Shown here piece after piece: positions 18,896-28,930 of a stretch of 59,403 nucleotides of DNA. Under the pieces are notes generated by a model that was not told the DNA's origin, ran no database searches, and saw only the letters and a program-made list of their open reading frames with translations. The position numbers were made by a program, and so were the translations under genes. Numbering within the stretch: the stretch's first letter is position 1; each line of letters starts with the position of its first letter. The stretch comes from a virus (Duplodnaviria; Caudoviricetes): positions 1-59,403 of IMG/VR virus record IMGVR_UViG_3300032297_000320. One strand, written 5' to 3'.

Positions 18896-19809
18896 TACTT
18901 CTGCTTATTGAATTTCTTTAACAAGGTACGGAAGTAAGCACTCTCCTTGCTGAGTTTCTTTTGCTGTGAAGGGTTAAGAATAACCTCACCACCAGTCATC
19001 TCACCAACCTTGCGTCCAGCGTGGATGATATCGATAGGGTTAGTCTTGTGATCAAACTTACCGCCAGTAATCATACCGCCTTCCTGAAGTCGGATTGGCT
19101 CCATCATAAAGTCTTCTTCTGCAAGTAGAGCTTGTGCATCAGCTTCACGCTGACGACGAGCTGCTTCACGAAGTACTGCTTCTGTATCAGATTCAGCAAT
19201 CATAGCTGGTTGCTGTCCAACAGCAGCCGTTTCCTGTGTTGCGACTGGGGTAGTGTCTTCAGTCACGTCCTTCTTTCCCATCAGGCCAAAAATGGCCGAC
19301 GAACCAACTTGGCTAAGTCCTCCAGCAATGTTCTGAAGTCCACCTTCAAGTGCAGCCTGAGCAGCACCACGCTCCATCATCTCACGATTAATCTCACGAC
19401 CAATCTCACGCTCAGCGCCTTGAGCACCAAACTGAAGAGCCTGCATTGTATCAGAGCGGCGTTGTCCTAAAATGTCAAGTGCACCAGCATCTCCAGCTTG
19501 CACCATTTTGGGAAGCACACCAAGTAAGGTGCGCCCACCTGCGCCTTGGGCGGCAGCAATTCCGGTGGAAATTGAACGATTAAGTTCTTCTAGACGTCGT
19601 TGCTCCAGCTCAGCATTACGTGCCTGCTTTAGCAGCTCTGCGTACTCAGATGGACGGGCAGTTGATGCTTCCTTAATTCGTTTAGCAGCTTGCTGTCCTT
19701 GAATCACTTGGTAGATGCCAAGACCTGCCTGACCTGCGCCAAGCAGTGCTCCGGCAACCATACCGCCTACAGCATACTTTTTTGGTTCTTTACTCTTCTT
19801 TGGTCGCAT
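18895..19809 (-). CDS. Putative internal virion/pilot protein
   Basis: Gly/Ala/Gln-rich with a hydrophobic N-terminal segment; lies downstream of the tail nozzle gene. Confidence 0.55.
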   Translation of the reverse strand: MRPKKSKEPKKYAVGGMVAGALLGAGQAGLGIYQVIQGQQAAKRIKEASTARPSEYAELLKQARNAELEQRRLEELNRSISTGIAAAQGAGGRTLLGVLPKMVQAGDAGALDILGQRRSDTMQALQFGAQGAEREIGREINREMMERGAAQAALEGGLQNIAGGLSQVGSSAIFGLMGKKDVTEDTTPVATQETAAVGQQPAMIAESDTEAVLREAARRQREADAQALLAEEDFMMEPIRLQEGGMITGGKFDHKTNPIDIIHAGRKVGEMTGGEVILNPSQQKKLSKESAYFRTLLKKFNKQK

Positions 19810-19825
19810 ATTACAAAGGTACTAA

Positions 19826-22800
19826 TTATTGTCCCAGTTCGTTGTGTAGATTACTTTTTGCGTATACTGCGTTGACAGCATACAGCTCGATTTCAGACGT
19901 GCTGCTGTTGGTTAAGTTGATTTTAGCGTAGTAGTCACGCAGTTGGTCACCTTCGATTCCAGCATTTGCGAGTACCACAATAGTGTCTCCGTCGTTCACT
20001 CCAGTCACACTACCGCTAGCAGTGATCTGTTTATCACCACTAATTGCAGTAACAGTTAGACTAAGTGTTACAAATGTAGATCCACTTACTTTGTACAGCG
20101 TACCGCCAATCGGGAACGCTACGTCGCCAACAGGAGTGGTGAATGTAATGGTTGAACCACTTACACCGCTAGTTGCTATATTGCCCAACACAAACATCTC
20201 AGAACTTCCGCTTAGTGAAGTGATTGTAGTAGTTCCTGTGTTAGCACTAGTGTCGCGAGGTATGTAGGCAAAGTACTCACGCTCACGCTGAATAAAGTCA
20301 GTAGACAAAATAGAGGTGGACTGGTCTGTGTTATTGACAGTTGCCGCCCAAGCTGAGGTGCCCTCAAGACTAAGCGATTCATAAGCCTTAACTAGAGAAG
20401 CATTGTTGTTGCTGATTACCTCTACAGTAGCGCCATATCCCGTTCCGTAGTACGTAGCTCGGTTAGCGGTAGAGTCGTGAACGTACATTGTGCCATTCTT
20501 AAATGTGTACAAGGTGTCATCAAGTGAAGCAATGCGCTCTGGGAAGTATGAGTAGCGAGTATTCCAAACTTTATCTTCGGTGTCGTATGCTACGGTAAAT
20601 CCACCAGTAGTAGCTGTTGGAGATGCTATCGTTCCATTGTAGTTACCACAAGTGTTTATAAACGTAAATGTTCCTTCCGCTAAATTGATTGAAATACCTA
20701 CAAAGAAATCATACGTAGAGTTGGTTGCAACGCCATAAATTGTACTGTTGGTTCCTTGAAACTCTTCGCCTACAATAATTGGTTGTCCTGCGCTTAATCT
20801 GTCAAGGTATACTACTGCATTAATGCTGTTGTCAAACGTGTCACAGATGTCTTGGAAGTCACGAACGTCAGTGTTGAACTGAAGTAACTTGTCATCGTTG
20901 TACTCAATGTCTGAGAAGATGACAGATCCAGCAGTATCGGTCTGAAGTTGGAATGTAAAATCTCCAAGCAGTACTTCAATAGCCGCATCAAAACAAAGAG
21001 CTCCCTCAAATGTTCCCCCATCTGATTCACAACGAGCCTGAAAAGCCGCAGTAATGTCAACTCCGTCACCATCAATTGTGATGGTAGATGTGTAGATAGG
21101 AGTGGATGATATGATGTACTCTCCAGCCTCGTCGTCAACACCAGCTACAACTCGCTTTACTGATGCGAACTGAACAATGTCACGGAAGTTATCCTTGAAG
21201 TAAGAGTCCATCTTGACCTCGCTAATAGGAGTGATTCCGTCTTGTGAGATGCGAATAACCTTACCGTTACGAATGTCGGCAAAGTACACACGACCACTCT
21301 CAACAGCAACTGACTCTGGATTGTTACCTACTCCGTATTCTCCAGCATAGTAGTTTGGAGTCCCAACAACAGATGTTGAAACGGTTACTCCCTGCTGTCC
21401 GTTTACGTACTCAATAAGGTTGCGGTTCACTGGGAATAGACCACACTTCTTGTCCTGAAGAAAGATGACGCTGTCGTCACGGTTGACCATATAGCGAATC
21501 GAACCGTGGATGTAGTTCAGGTCGTAGAATGGAGCAAGCGATGGATTGAATGATGACAATCCCATATGGGTGTTGTCAATAATAAATGGGTCAGAGTAGG
21601 TTACTGATCCAGTACGGAACACCGTTTGAGCATCTGGAAGAACAGCAAATGGACGACCGATAGAAGTGTTCTTTGACTCATAGAAGTCGCTTACCTCGTC
21701 AGACTCTACATACTCAACAAAGTAGTTGTATGAATCTGGGTTGTTACCATAGCGAAGCTGACGCAATCGGAAGTAGGTGTCACCCTCTGTTAGTTCAACA
21801 GCTACAAGGCTGCTGTTGGTAATGTTTAACGTGTAAGTAGAGCCAGCAACAAATAGTCCAGTCCCGAATGTTCCATCTACAAAGTAATTGTATCCGCCAC
21901 TGACTTCTGGGTACACATTCTGTACCTCAAATGTGCGTCCGCTTCCATCGCTAAGTACATCTCCAGCATACAATTGAACATCAGTTCGGAACTGAAGTGG
22001 TCTTACATTGGTACATAACGCAGCAACTTGAGAAACTACAGTGCGATCTCCAGAAAGAACACCATTAGTCACATCGTATGACTTACCTATTTCGTAGTAT
22101 ACCTCTTCGTCTTGTGACTTACGCTTTCTGTAGATTTCTACCAAGCATTTCTTCGACCAGAGATCTACTCCATTTACGATTGCATTCTTGTCAAACGCTG
22201 GTATGTTTTTGTCTTTAAGTACTAAGAATTTTCCAGTAGTATTATAGATAGTATCATCAGTAGATCTGTCTAGAACTGGGTTTGTGTCTAAGTCATCAAC
22301 AAACTCTTCGTATCCAACAACATCAAACTCAATGTTCGACGGGTAAACTTTAGATTCAGATAGCGCAAATGAGCTGTATGCCACTAATGCGCCACTAACA
22401 ATGTTAGCCAATGATCCAGACGCCTGTGGCGCTGGCGCACCAGATGACAAAACAGCTGTTATGATTCCAGCTCCAGCAACTAAACTAACACTTGTAACCT
22501 GAAGTACAGACACACCAGATATATTAAACTGAAGTAGTACATCTCCAACGTTTATCGTGCCAGTAGTTGAGCTAACTGTAAAGCTGTATTGACCGTCTTC
22601 CTCTTGGTATGAAACGATACGAAGTCGATCACCTTCTACGAAGTTGTACTCTAGATTCGCACCCTTTGACTCTTTGTATGAGTCGTCCTTTCCCTCAAGA
22701 GATCGGAAAGACAAGAAGATGTAGTCGTTATTTGCAAGGCTAGACGGAGAGTTGATTGCTTCAACGTTGGTTGCGGCAAATCCATCTATTACGCTGTACT

Positions 22801-25012
22801 GAACAAAGCTTTCAATAGATCCCTTCTTCGTGTATACTGGTGCCCAACTTTTTGCCCACGTTGGTACTGTTCCAGCCAATCGCATAACGATAGAGTTCTT
22901 GCCTCGGTAGTTGCGGCTTCCGTACCAATCGATGTATGTCTTTCCTGCCTTCTGTACTCCAGTTGGACGTCCACGATCGTCAAACAAAACAAAGCCAAGC
23001 TCGTGAGTAGCGCCAGACTTAAACTGTTTGTATCCTTCAATCTCATCAGCGACAAAGCTTGAACTTTCTAACAGCTCGTAAGTCTTTGTGAAGTTGTTGA
23101 GGTTTGATGCACTTGATGGCTTGTATCCGAGTATGTAGAACGCATTAGCTGTTGCTCCGCTTCCTACTGGTACTACGTATGGATCTTCATTGTTTCCCCC
23201 AGTTGGAGCGACACCAAGTACATACTTAGTGTACGACATATTGGTAATCGTAAGCGTACCAGATGTGTCTACGTTGTACTGCTTCTGAAGGTTTGGACTG
23301 TTTGGTCCTCCACCTGCAACGCTAGAAAGATTTAAGCTTACAGTAGGAATAGATGACACTACAAACTTTAAGTTGTTTGTTGTCGTGTTTAAGCCACCAG
23401 AAGATAAGTTAAACTTCCAAGTTCCCTGAAAGAATCCCCAACGATAAATGGTTGGGTCTCCGTCAAGTACGATGTTTCCAATCGGAGGAGCAATATTGTT
23501 TCTGAATCTGGTAGCATACAGGAAGTCAGAAGTGTTTGAACTTAATGTTGAAGAGTATGTCTTCTGAACCAAGGAAACAATAGCGTCTGCTACATCTGTA
23601 ATTGTAGAGCCAGCAGGTACAACGATGTTTGAGTTTATAGATATGGGTGCTGGCTGTACTCGTATTCCATCTCCAGCTAATATGCCACCAGCATTGTGAC
23701 GAACAAGATCTTCGTCTAGCTCAACCCAATCAATAAAGGCATCTGGTGCGTCAATAACCAAATCATTAAACGCAAATGCAATGTCTACGTGAAGGATTGC
23801 ATCGGAAGAAAATGTAACAGCTGAAACGCTGGACAAATCAAAAGATATTCCATCAACTGTATACTGCGTATTTCCATTAATAAACGTTGTGGTTTCATCA
23901 ATCGTAACTGGGATGTTGTACACCGAAGACTCCTTGTCGTAGTTCGGGTATAAACTAACCTTAAGGTTTACGTTTGGGTATCCTTCACTGTAGTTTCCAA
24001 GAAACAATCGTGAGCCAGAAATCGTCTGCGATTGAGCCGCAAGTGGAACAGCATCATAAATTTTGTTTGCCTCATCCTGTGAGATGAACCGATACAGCTC
24101 ATCATTACGGAACTCAGTTGACAAAGTGGCGGGGCTTGACAGGGCGGGGTTTTGAATCTCGTTTACAATAAACCACGGACCAGCATTACCGCGACGACCC
24201 AAGACTCTGATGGTCTTAACGTCTGCTGTTGAGGTTTCTACAAACACACGGATTGCATTGTACTCATTGCGCTGAGCATCTTCAAGGAATCCGTCAAGGT
24301 ATTGGTTTGATGCAATAGCTAAGTCAGTATACTTTGAAATAGCAGAGTATTCTCCATCAAGGTATACGTACTGATACGAAAACTGGAAGTTGCTTTCGTA
24401 GATGTTGTTGTCATCATACGCAGCATCGGTAAAGAACTCGTACGTAGGAGGGTCCAATGGTGGCTTTTTAGCCAATGTAAGGAACTCTAGCTTCTGAGCG
24501 TCTGTTCCGCTAGTAATAACGTCTGAATACCCACCAATGATGGCTCTGGTTACGTTAATCTTTTTTGGGTCACTAATTCCATCAGTGAAGTACAAGAGCA
24601 CTTCGTTGTAAAGATTATTTATGATGTCACCCTTTACAAAGCTGTCGGCTTGGAATGCCAATACGCTATCGCGGTAAACCAACTCAACAACATCTTGTGA
24701 CGTGGTGTATCGGTAGATCGAGTGGTCAGCATTACTATTGTAAACAAAGTAGATGATGACGCCATTCTTAAGGTCACTTACTGATCCTACAACTTTGTTC
24801 GTACCAGTTGGCAGTGCGTGAGGCAAACCTTGCCAGTTGTTGCCAGTGCGAAAAGAAACAGCAGAGTTACCAAACGCATTCTTAATGACTCCGCCATCGC
24901 CATCTGTCTCAGAAGAAAGTCGCACATTGAGTGCGTCCGTCATCTCTACGCTCTTAACTAGCCGAGCATCATCGTCCTTATTCAGGTATCGTGGTACGAG
25001 TTTATCAATCAT
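19826..25012 (-). CDS. Tail stabilization/nozzle (muzzle) protein
   Basis: LNKDDDARL..DALNV N-terminus, FQFSYQYVYLDGEYS, YGVGNNPES; size and position as in crAss-like podoviruses. Confidence 0.8.
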   Translation of the reverse strand: MIDKLVPRYLNKDDDARLVKSVEMTDALNVRLSSETDGDGGVIKNAFGNSAVSFRTGNNWQGLPHALPTGTNKVVGSVSDLKNGVIIYFVYNSNADHSIYRYTTSQDVVELVYRDSVLAFQADSFVKGDIINNLYNEVLLYFTDGISDPKKINVTRAIIGGYSDVITSGTDAQKLEFLTLAKKPPLDPPTYEFFTDAAYDDNNIYESNFQFSYQYVYLDGEYSAISKYTDLAIASNQYLDGFLEDAQRNEYNAIRVFVETSTADVKTIRVLGRRGNAGPWFIVNEIQNPALSSPATLSTEFRNDELYRFISQDEANKIYDAVPLAAQSQTISGSRLFLGNYSEGYPNVNLKVSLYPNYDKESSVYNIPVTIDETTTFINGNTQYTVDGISFDLSSVSAVTFSSDAILHVDIAFAFNDLVIDAPDAFIDWVELDEDLVRHNAGGILAGDGIRVQPAPISINSNIVVPAGSTITDVADAIVSLVQKTYSSTLSSNTSDFLYATRFRNNIAPPIGNIVLDGDPTIYRWGFFQGTWKFNLSSGGLNTTTNNLKFVVSSIPTVSLNLSSVAGGGPNSPNLQKQYNVDTSGTLTITNMSYTKYVLGVAPTGGNNEDPYVVPVGSGATANAFYILGYKPSSASNLNNFTKTYELLESSSFVADEIEGYKQFKSGATHELGFVLFDDRGRPTGVQKAGKTYIDWYGSRNYRGKNSIVMRLAGTVPTWAKSWAPVYTKKGSIESFVQYSVIDGFAATNVEAINSPSSLANNDYIFLSFRSLEGKDDSYKESKGANLEYNFVEGDRLRIVSYQEEDGQYSFTVSSTTGTINVGDVLLQFNISGVSVLQVTSVSLVAGAGIITAVLSSGAPAPQASGSLANIVSGALVAYSSFALSESKVYPSNIEFDVVGYEEFVDDLDTNPVLDRSTDDTIYNTTGKFLVLKDKNIPAFDKNAIVNGVDLWSKKCLVEIYRKRKSQDEEVYYEIGKSYDVTNGVLSGDRTVVSQVAALCTNVRPLQFRTDVQLYAGDVLSDGSGRTFEVQNVYPEVSGGYNYFVDGTFGTGLFVAGSTYTLNITNSSLVAVELTEGDTYFRLRQLRYGNNPDSYNYFVEYVESDEVSDFYESKNTSIGRPFAVLPDAQTVFRTGSVTYSDPFIIDNTHMGLSSFNPSLAPFYDLNYIHGSIRYMVNRDDSVIFLQDKKCGLFPVNRNLIEYVNGQQGVTVSTSVVGTPNYYAGEYGVGNNPESVAVESGRVYFADIRNGKVIRISQDGITPISEVKMDSYFKDNFRDIVQFASVKRVVAGVDDEAGEYIISSTPIYTSTITIDGDGVDITAAFQARCESDGGTFEGALCFDAAIEVLLGDFTFQLQTDTAGSVIFSDIEYNDDKLLQFNTDVRDFQDICDTFDNSINAVVYLDRLSAGQPIIVGEEFQGTNSTIYGVATNSTYDFFVGISINLAEGTFTFINTCGNYNGTIASPTATTGGFTVAYDTEDKVWNTRYSYFPERIASLDDTLYTFKNGTMYVHDSTANRATYYGTGYGATVEVISNNNASLVKAYESLSLEGTSAWAATVNNTDQSTSILSTDFIQREREYFAYIPRDTSANTGTTTITSLSGSSEMFVLGNIATSGVSGSTITFTTPVGDVAFPIGGTLYKVSGSTFVTLSLTVTAISGDKQITASGSVTGVNDGDTIVVLANAGIEGDQLRDYYAKINLTNSSTSEIELYAVNAVYAKSNLHNELGQ

Positions 25013-25018
25013 AAGTGC

Positions 25019-25762
25019 TTAGTACTTAGGAGATTGCTTGAAATTTTTGCGAATCGTCTTAAGTGCTTCATCCTTGCTGAATGCCTTGAGACGTGAGTTA
25101 GCCAGACGGCGCTCGTTGAAGTACTCCTGACGAGCACGACCCTTCTCTCCTAATGGCACATTGCTCTTGCGTTCAATCAAGTGATAGTAGATGTACGAGC
25201 GAAGCGCCTGCTCAGCGTAGATATGAACAGTTGGGCTAGCAGCACGCGCTTCGTCCGCAATGTATTCGATGTAGACCGTATCAACACTAGTTCCGGTGGT
25301 CAGCTCAATGCGGTTCTGCTCTAGATTTATTCGGTATTCACCGCTGTAGTGTCCACCGCCGTACCCGTAAAGGCGACCATCGGTTGTGGCGTACACATAG
25401 TTACGATAAATAAAGTCATCAAAGCCCAACAGATAATCAGGTATCTGGTAAGGTTGCTGTTGGGGTAGTATATTTTTGTTCTTGTTCTCTCCGAAAATGT
25501 ATACAAGTCCATCTGATCCTACAATTCCGATCTTCACCAAGTCAACGTAGTCAGCAGGAAGCGTAACGGTGTTGGTGTTAAGATCAATGTTAAGTGAAGT
25601 CGCCTTTAGCCGTTTAAGAATGTCGAAACCCATCTCGCGGATTCCACGAAGTGCTAAGTTACGAATAAGTGTGTCTGATGCGGTATTTGCATAGTCATCA
25701 CTCTCCATCGAGATGACGAAGTCCGTAATAACCTGCTCGAGCGATACGGTATCCTGTGCCAT
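25019..25762 (-). CDS. Tail ring/adaptor protein
   Basis: VTLPADYVDLVKIG motif; position before the nozzle gene. Confidence 0.7.
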   Translation of the reverse strand: MAQDTVSLEQVITDFVISMESDDYANTASDTLIRNLALRGIREMGFDILKRLKATSLNIDLNTNTVTLPADYVDLVKIGIVGSDGLVYIFGENKNKNILPQQQPYQIPDYLLGFDDFIYRNYVYATTDGRLYGYGGGHYSGEYRINLEQNRIELTTGTSVDTVYIEYIADEARAASPTVHIYAEQALRSYIYYHLIERKSNVPLGEKGRARQEYFNERRLANSRLKAFSKDEALKTIRKNFKQSPKY

Positions 25763-26475
25763 TATTGCTGTTGAGTTTCTTGTTTAGCGTAGGCGTACAC
25801 ATCAGTGTCGCGAAGGTTGACCCCAATAAGCTTAGCAGTCTCCACCACAAGCTCAGCAAAGTAGTGTTCGGGTAGCTCGAAGTCTACGCTATTTGTTGCG
25901 TCGTAAACTTCCTTGCCTGCGACTACCGTGTAGCCAAAGCGAGGAGATGAAGTCGTGCGTGCTCCGGTAGATGGGACAAGTCCCTGTGGAAGTTTGTAGT
26001 AGCGCATATACACGCTAGCAATAGACACGGGGTACACGTAGATGCTGTCACCCACCATCGCAATAGGATACGTAGTTGTTGGTGCGCTGAGCGTAGAACG
26101 AAGGATGTACTCCAGCTTCTCCTCGTCGTAGATGAGCTCAAGGTTCTTTGCTGTTGCATCAGTGGTGAAGATAGAAATCACACGAGCCAAGTCGGTTGGC
26201 TTAGCTCCAACGCCACTAGTGAGGCTAATTGTCCCACGCTTAGAAAAATACGAAAGGTCTTCATTTGTCTGCTTCACACGAGACTTGTCACGTCCCGCAT
26301 CAATCTGCCCCTGACGTAGGCGCTTGTTGAGTGCGCCATCGCTGAACATCTTGTTGAATAGATTCATCTGCGCTACTTGAGCGAAGTTGTTGAAGACAGC
26401 AGGCGTAACAAAGCCACGCTGGTCTTTATTGACCAGATCCTTTAAGGCAGAATATACGCGGTTTACTGATGCCAT
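25762..26475 (-). CDS. Tail tubular/ring protein
   Basis: NKDQRGFVTPAVFN..AQ, PTDL, DFELPE; position in the tail module. Confidence 0.7.
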   Translation of the reverse strand: MASVNRVYSALKDLVNKDQRGFVTPAVFNNFAQVAQMNLFNKMFSDGALNKRLRQGQIDAGRDKSRVKQTNEDLSYFSKRGTISLTSGVGAKPTDLARVISIFTTDATAKNLELIYDEEKLEYILRSTLSAPTTTYPIAMVGDSIYVYPVSIASVYMRYYKLPQGLVPSTGARTTSSPRFGYTVVAGKEVYDATNSVDFELPEHYFAELVVETAKLIGVNLRDTDVYAYAKQETQQQ

Positions 26476-26510
26476 AGCTTAATATCTGTAGTTCGTACAA
26501 AAGTACAACA

Positions 26511-26540
26511 AAAGAAAAGGGCCACATTTCTGCAGCCCTC
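26511..26540 (-). terminator. Intrinsic terminator
   Basis: gggctgca-GAAA-tgtggccc followed by ttttcttt on the - strand. Confidence 0.75.
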
Positions 26541-26607
26541 TTTCCAACCAATCAAAACAATTCACCTATGAAAACGTAGGCACAACTATTATGACTGCAA
26601 ATATATG

Positions 26608-27375
26608 TTACAATTCTAACTTATGCAACTCTTCTTTCAAGGTTTCGTAAACGGTTCCACCCTTTTCAGTCAGACAAAACTGTGTTGTAACACTGATTGT
26701 GTCTTGGCCTACTGGAGTAGCTACGATAAGTCGGTTGCTGTCAAACCAGTACATACCATCCTCACGAGCATTGATGAGCTGGAAGTCTACAGCCTTCTTC
26801 ACAATTGCACGGGTGGCAACAGTAGGATTGTCGAACAACTCGATGAAGCGCTTTGGACGAGCCTTAGCCTCTAGCAACAGCTCACGCTTAATCTCTGCAT
26901 TCTTCTGGTTTGTGTCTACGCCGAGGTAGATAGCAACTGGCATCAGCTCGTCAATAGATTTGTTACGAACCAAACCAACAGCATCGTGAAGAACAAACTC
27001 TTCGTTGATGTCAAGCTCTGCCTTGTGCTCTGTGTTTACTTCCTCGAATAAACCACCTCCATTAGCCTTGTTGCCCGGATGGTATTCGAGGAACTTCTGA
27101 AGGCTTGGCTGGTCTGCGGGAACAGCAAGCAGTCCATTCTCAAACACCACGTGCTTACGAACAGCAAACTGCGACTGCTCATCAGAGAAGATGGAAGGTT
27201 CGTTGGGGCAGAAGCGAATCTGTCGGTTAGTATTTGTTTCGGGATCGTATACGATAGCCTCAGACTTAATGCTAGCAATAATGCCACCACCTTTAGGAAT
27301 CGAATAGATCTTTGTCTTGCGCTCAGATGCGCCTTCCGCTTTGGGAGCTGCGGTTGCTCTTGCTGGACGTGCCAT
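26608..27375 (-). CDS. Conserved protein downstream of the major capsid gene (function unknown)
   Basis: 255 aa, RQIRFCPNEPSIF.DEQ; flanked by its own promoter motif and terminator. Confidence 0.7.
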   Translation of the reverse strand: MARPARATAAPKAEGASERKTKIYSIPKGGGIIASIKSEAIVYDPETNTNRQIRFCPNEPSIFSDEQSQFAVRKHVVFENGLLAVPADQPSLQKFLEYHPGNKANGGGLFEEVNTEHKAELDINEEFVLHDAVGLVRNKSIDELMPVAIYLGVDTNQKNAEIKRELLLEAKARPKRFIELFDNPTVATRAIVKKAVDFQLINAREDGMYWFDSNRLIVATPVGQDTISVTTQFCLTEKGGTVYETLKEELHKLEL

Positions 27376-27442
27376 AGTTAAATAGAATTTAGTTAATAAC
27401 TACGCAAAATTACTAGTTGTATGAATGCGAATTTTTGCCAAT

Positions 27443-27465
27443 AAAAAAGGGGGCCGAAGCCCCCT
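27443..27465 (-). terminator. Strong intrinsic terminator after the major capsid gene
   Basis: aggggg-C(TTCG)G-ccccct followed by a T-run on the - strand. Confidence 0.9.
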
Positions 27466-27486
27466 CTGAATCAGCTGTTAGGCTAA

Positions 27487-28908
27487 TTACTTGGTCAAAA
27501 GCACGTGCTGGTTGGCAGCGCGAGTAACCAGTGCGAACTCCGAGCGGTAGTTAAACTGCAGGGCGTCCGTGTTGGTGTTGGTTACACCAAGGATAGAACC
27601 TGTCATCCAGTGCTCCATCTCGCGGTTGTAGCCATTCGTTGACTTGTAGTTGAGCTCCAAAGCAGGAGACTTCTCTCCGGTGCGAGGATCAGCAACATTA
27701 GTCAAAGGAATCATTACACCTTGGAAGTTGCTAGCGCCCAACAACGTAGGATCGTTGAGGAGCTTCCAGCTGTGCTTGTGGAAGGTGTAAGAGCCACGCA
27801 TAAATGAAGAGAAGCCAAGCTTCACCATATCTGCTGCGTTAGCGAACTGACCGAACTGAGTGGTAACACCAGCGGTGATGTTAGCAGCCGTAGACGTACC
27901 GTTGGCGATCAGATCGTCGATGGCGAGGTCTTGCAGGCGGTTAACGTACATAGCGTACTCAGGCATAGCACCTTGCTTGTCGAGGGCGGTGATGATAGCA
28001 TCAAGCTCGTCAAGGCTAGCGATAGCAGCAGTAGTAGTAGCACCAGAGTTAACTACGATACCACGATTCTGGATAGCAGAGAAGTAACCTTCAGAGCCAG
28101 CGATAGAACCAAGGGCAGTCAAGCCAGTGTTAGATACTTCTTCGCCCAAGAGCATCATCATCTCACGCTTGTCGAGGAAGCGCTGACGAGTGTCGTTCTC
28201 AGACTTGATGAACCAACGGTAGTCGCCGTTGCCCAAGTTGATCCAGCCGATGTTGGTAGCCTGTGAACCAGTAACCTTGTAAACCTCTTTGAGGATTTGG
28301 TATGGGTTCGTACGCTTAACAACGTTTGATTCGAGGTAGCCAGTGTTCTGGTCGGTACCTTGAGCAAACATATTACCAACGATGGGGAAGTTAGCTGAAG
28401 CTGCGGCGGCAGAAGCAGACAGACCAGCGCTAGACAGAGCAATAGCAGTAGCAGCGGCAGTAGCAGTCTGAGAGAATTCGCCAGAAGAAACAGCAGTGAT
28501 GATGAAACGGTCTACACCGCCAACCAAGATCACGTCGTTAACACGCAAGTACTTCTGAGCAGCAGCCTTGGTAGCACCAGTGGCTGAAGTAGCAGCAGAA
28601 GCAAGGTTCAACGTCAAGGTCGTAGCTCCAACAGCGCCAGAAGCGGCAGGAGTAGCAACCTGAAGTTGGTGCAGACGAGTCTCCTCCCAGTACTGAACCT
28701 CATCGGCAGCACCGTTAGACTTCACAGCTCCTACCATCTGGAGGAAGCCAGTGATGCCTTGGTTGCCGTAGGTCTTAACAAGAAGATCACGGTTGTCAGG
28801 CTTGTTTACTTCATTGATGAAGTCACCAAGTGAGGTGTATTTGGTCGGGTCTAACCGACGAAAGCTGTTGGGAGAAAAATCCAACGGCGTAGAAGTAGTA
28901 GATGCCAT
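27487..28908 (-). CDS. Major capsid protein
   Basis: 473 aa after the scaffold gene, strong codon bias and terminator; YKVTGSQ..NIGW and LGFSSF.RG.YTF motifs. Confidence 0.85.
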   Translation of the reverse strand: MASTTSTPLDFSPNSFRRLDPTKYTSLGDFINEVNKPDNRDLLVKTYGNQGITGFLQMVGAVKSNGAADEVQYWEETRLHQLQVATPAASGAVGATTLTLNLASAATSATGATKAAAQKYLRVNDVILVGGVDRFIITAVSSGEFSQTATAAATAIALSSAGLSASAAAASANFPIVGNMFAQGTDQNTGYLESNVVKRTNPYQILKEVYKVTGSQATNIGWINLGNGDYRWFIKSENDTRQRFLDKREMMMLLGEEVSNTGLTALGSIAGSEGYFSAIQNRGIVVNSGATTTAAIASLDELDAIITALDKQGAMPEYAMYVNRLQDLAIDDLIANGTSTAANITAGVTTQFGQFANAADMVKLGFSSFMRGSYTFHKHSWKLLNDPTLLGASNFQGVMIPLTNVADPRTGEKSPALELNYKSTNGYNREMEHWMTGSILGVTNTNTDALQFNYRSEFALVTRAANQHVLLTK

Positions 28909-28930
28909 TTTGTATTAAGTATTAGGCTTT

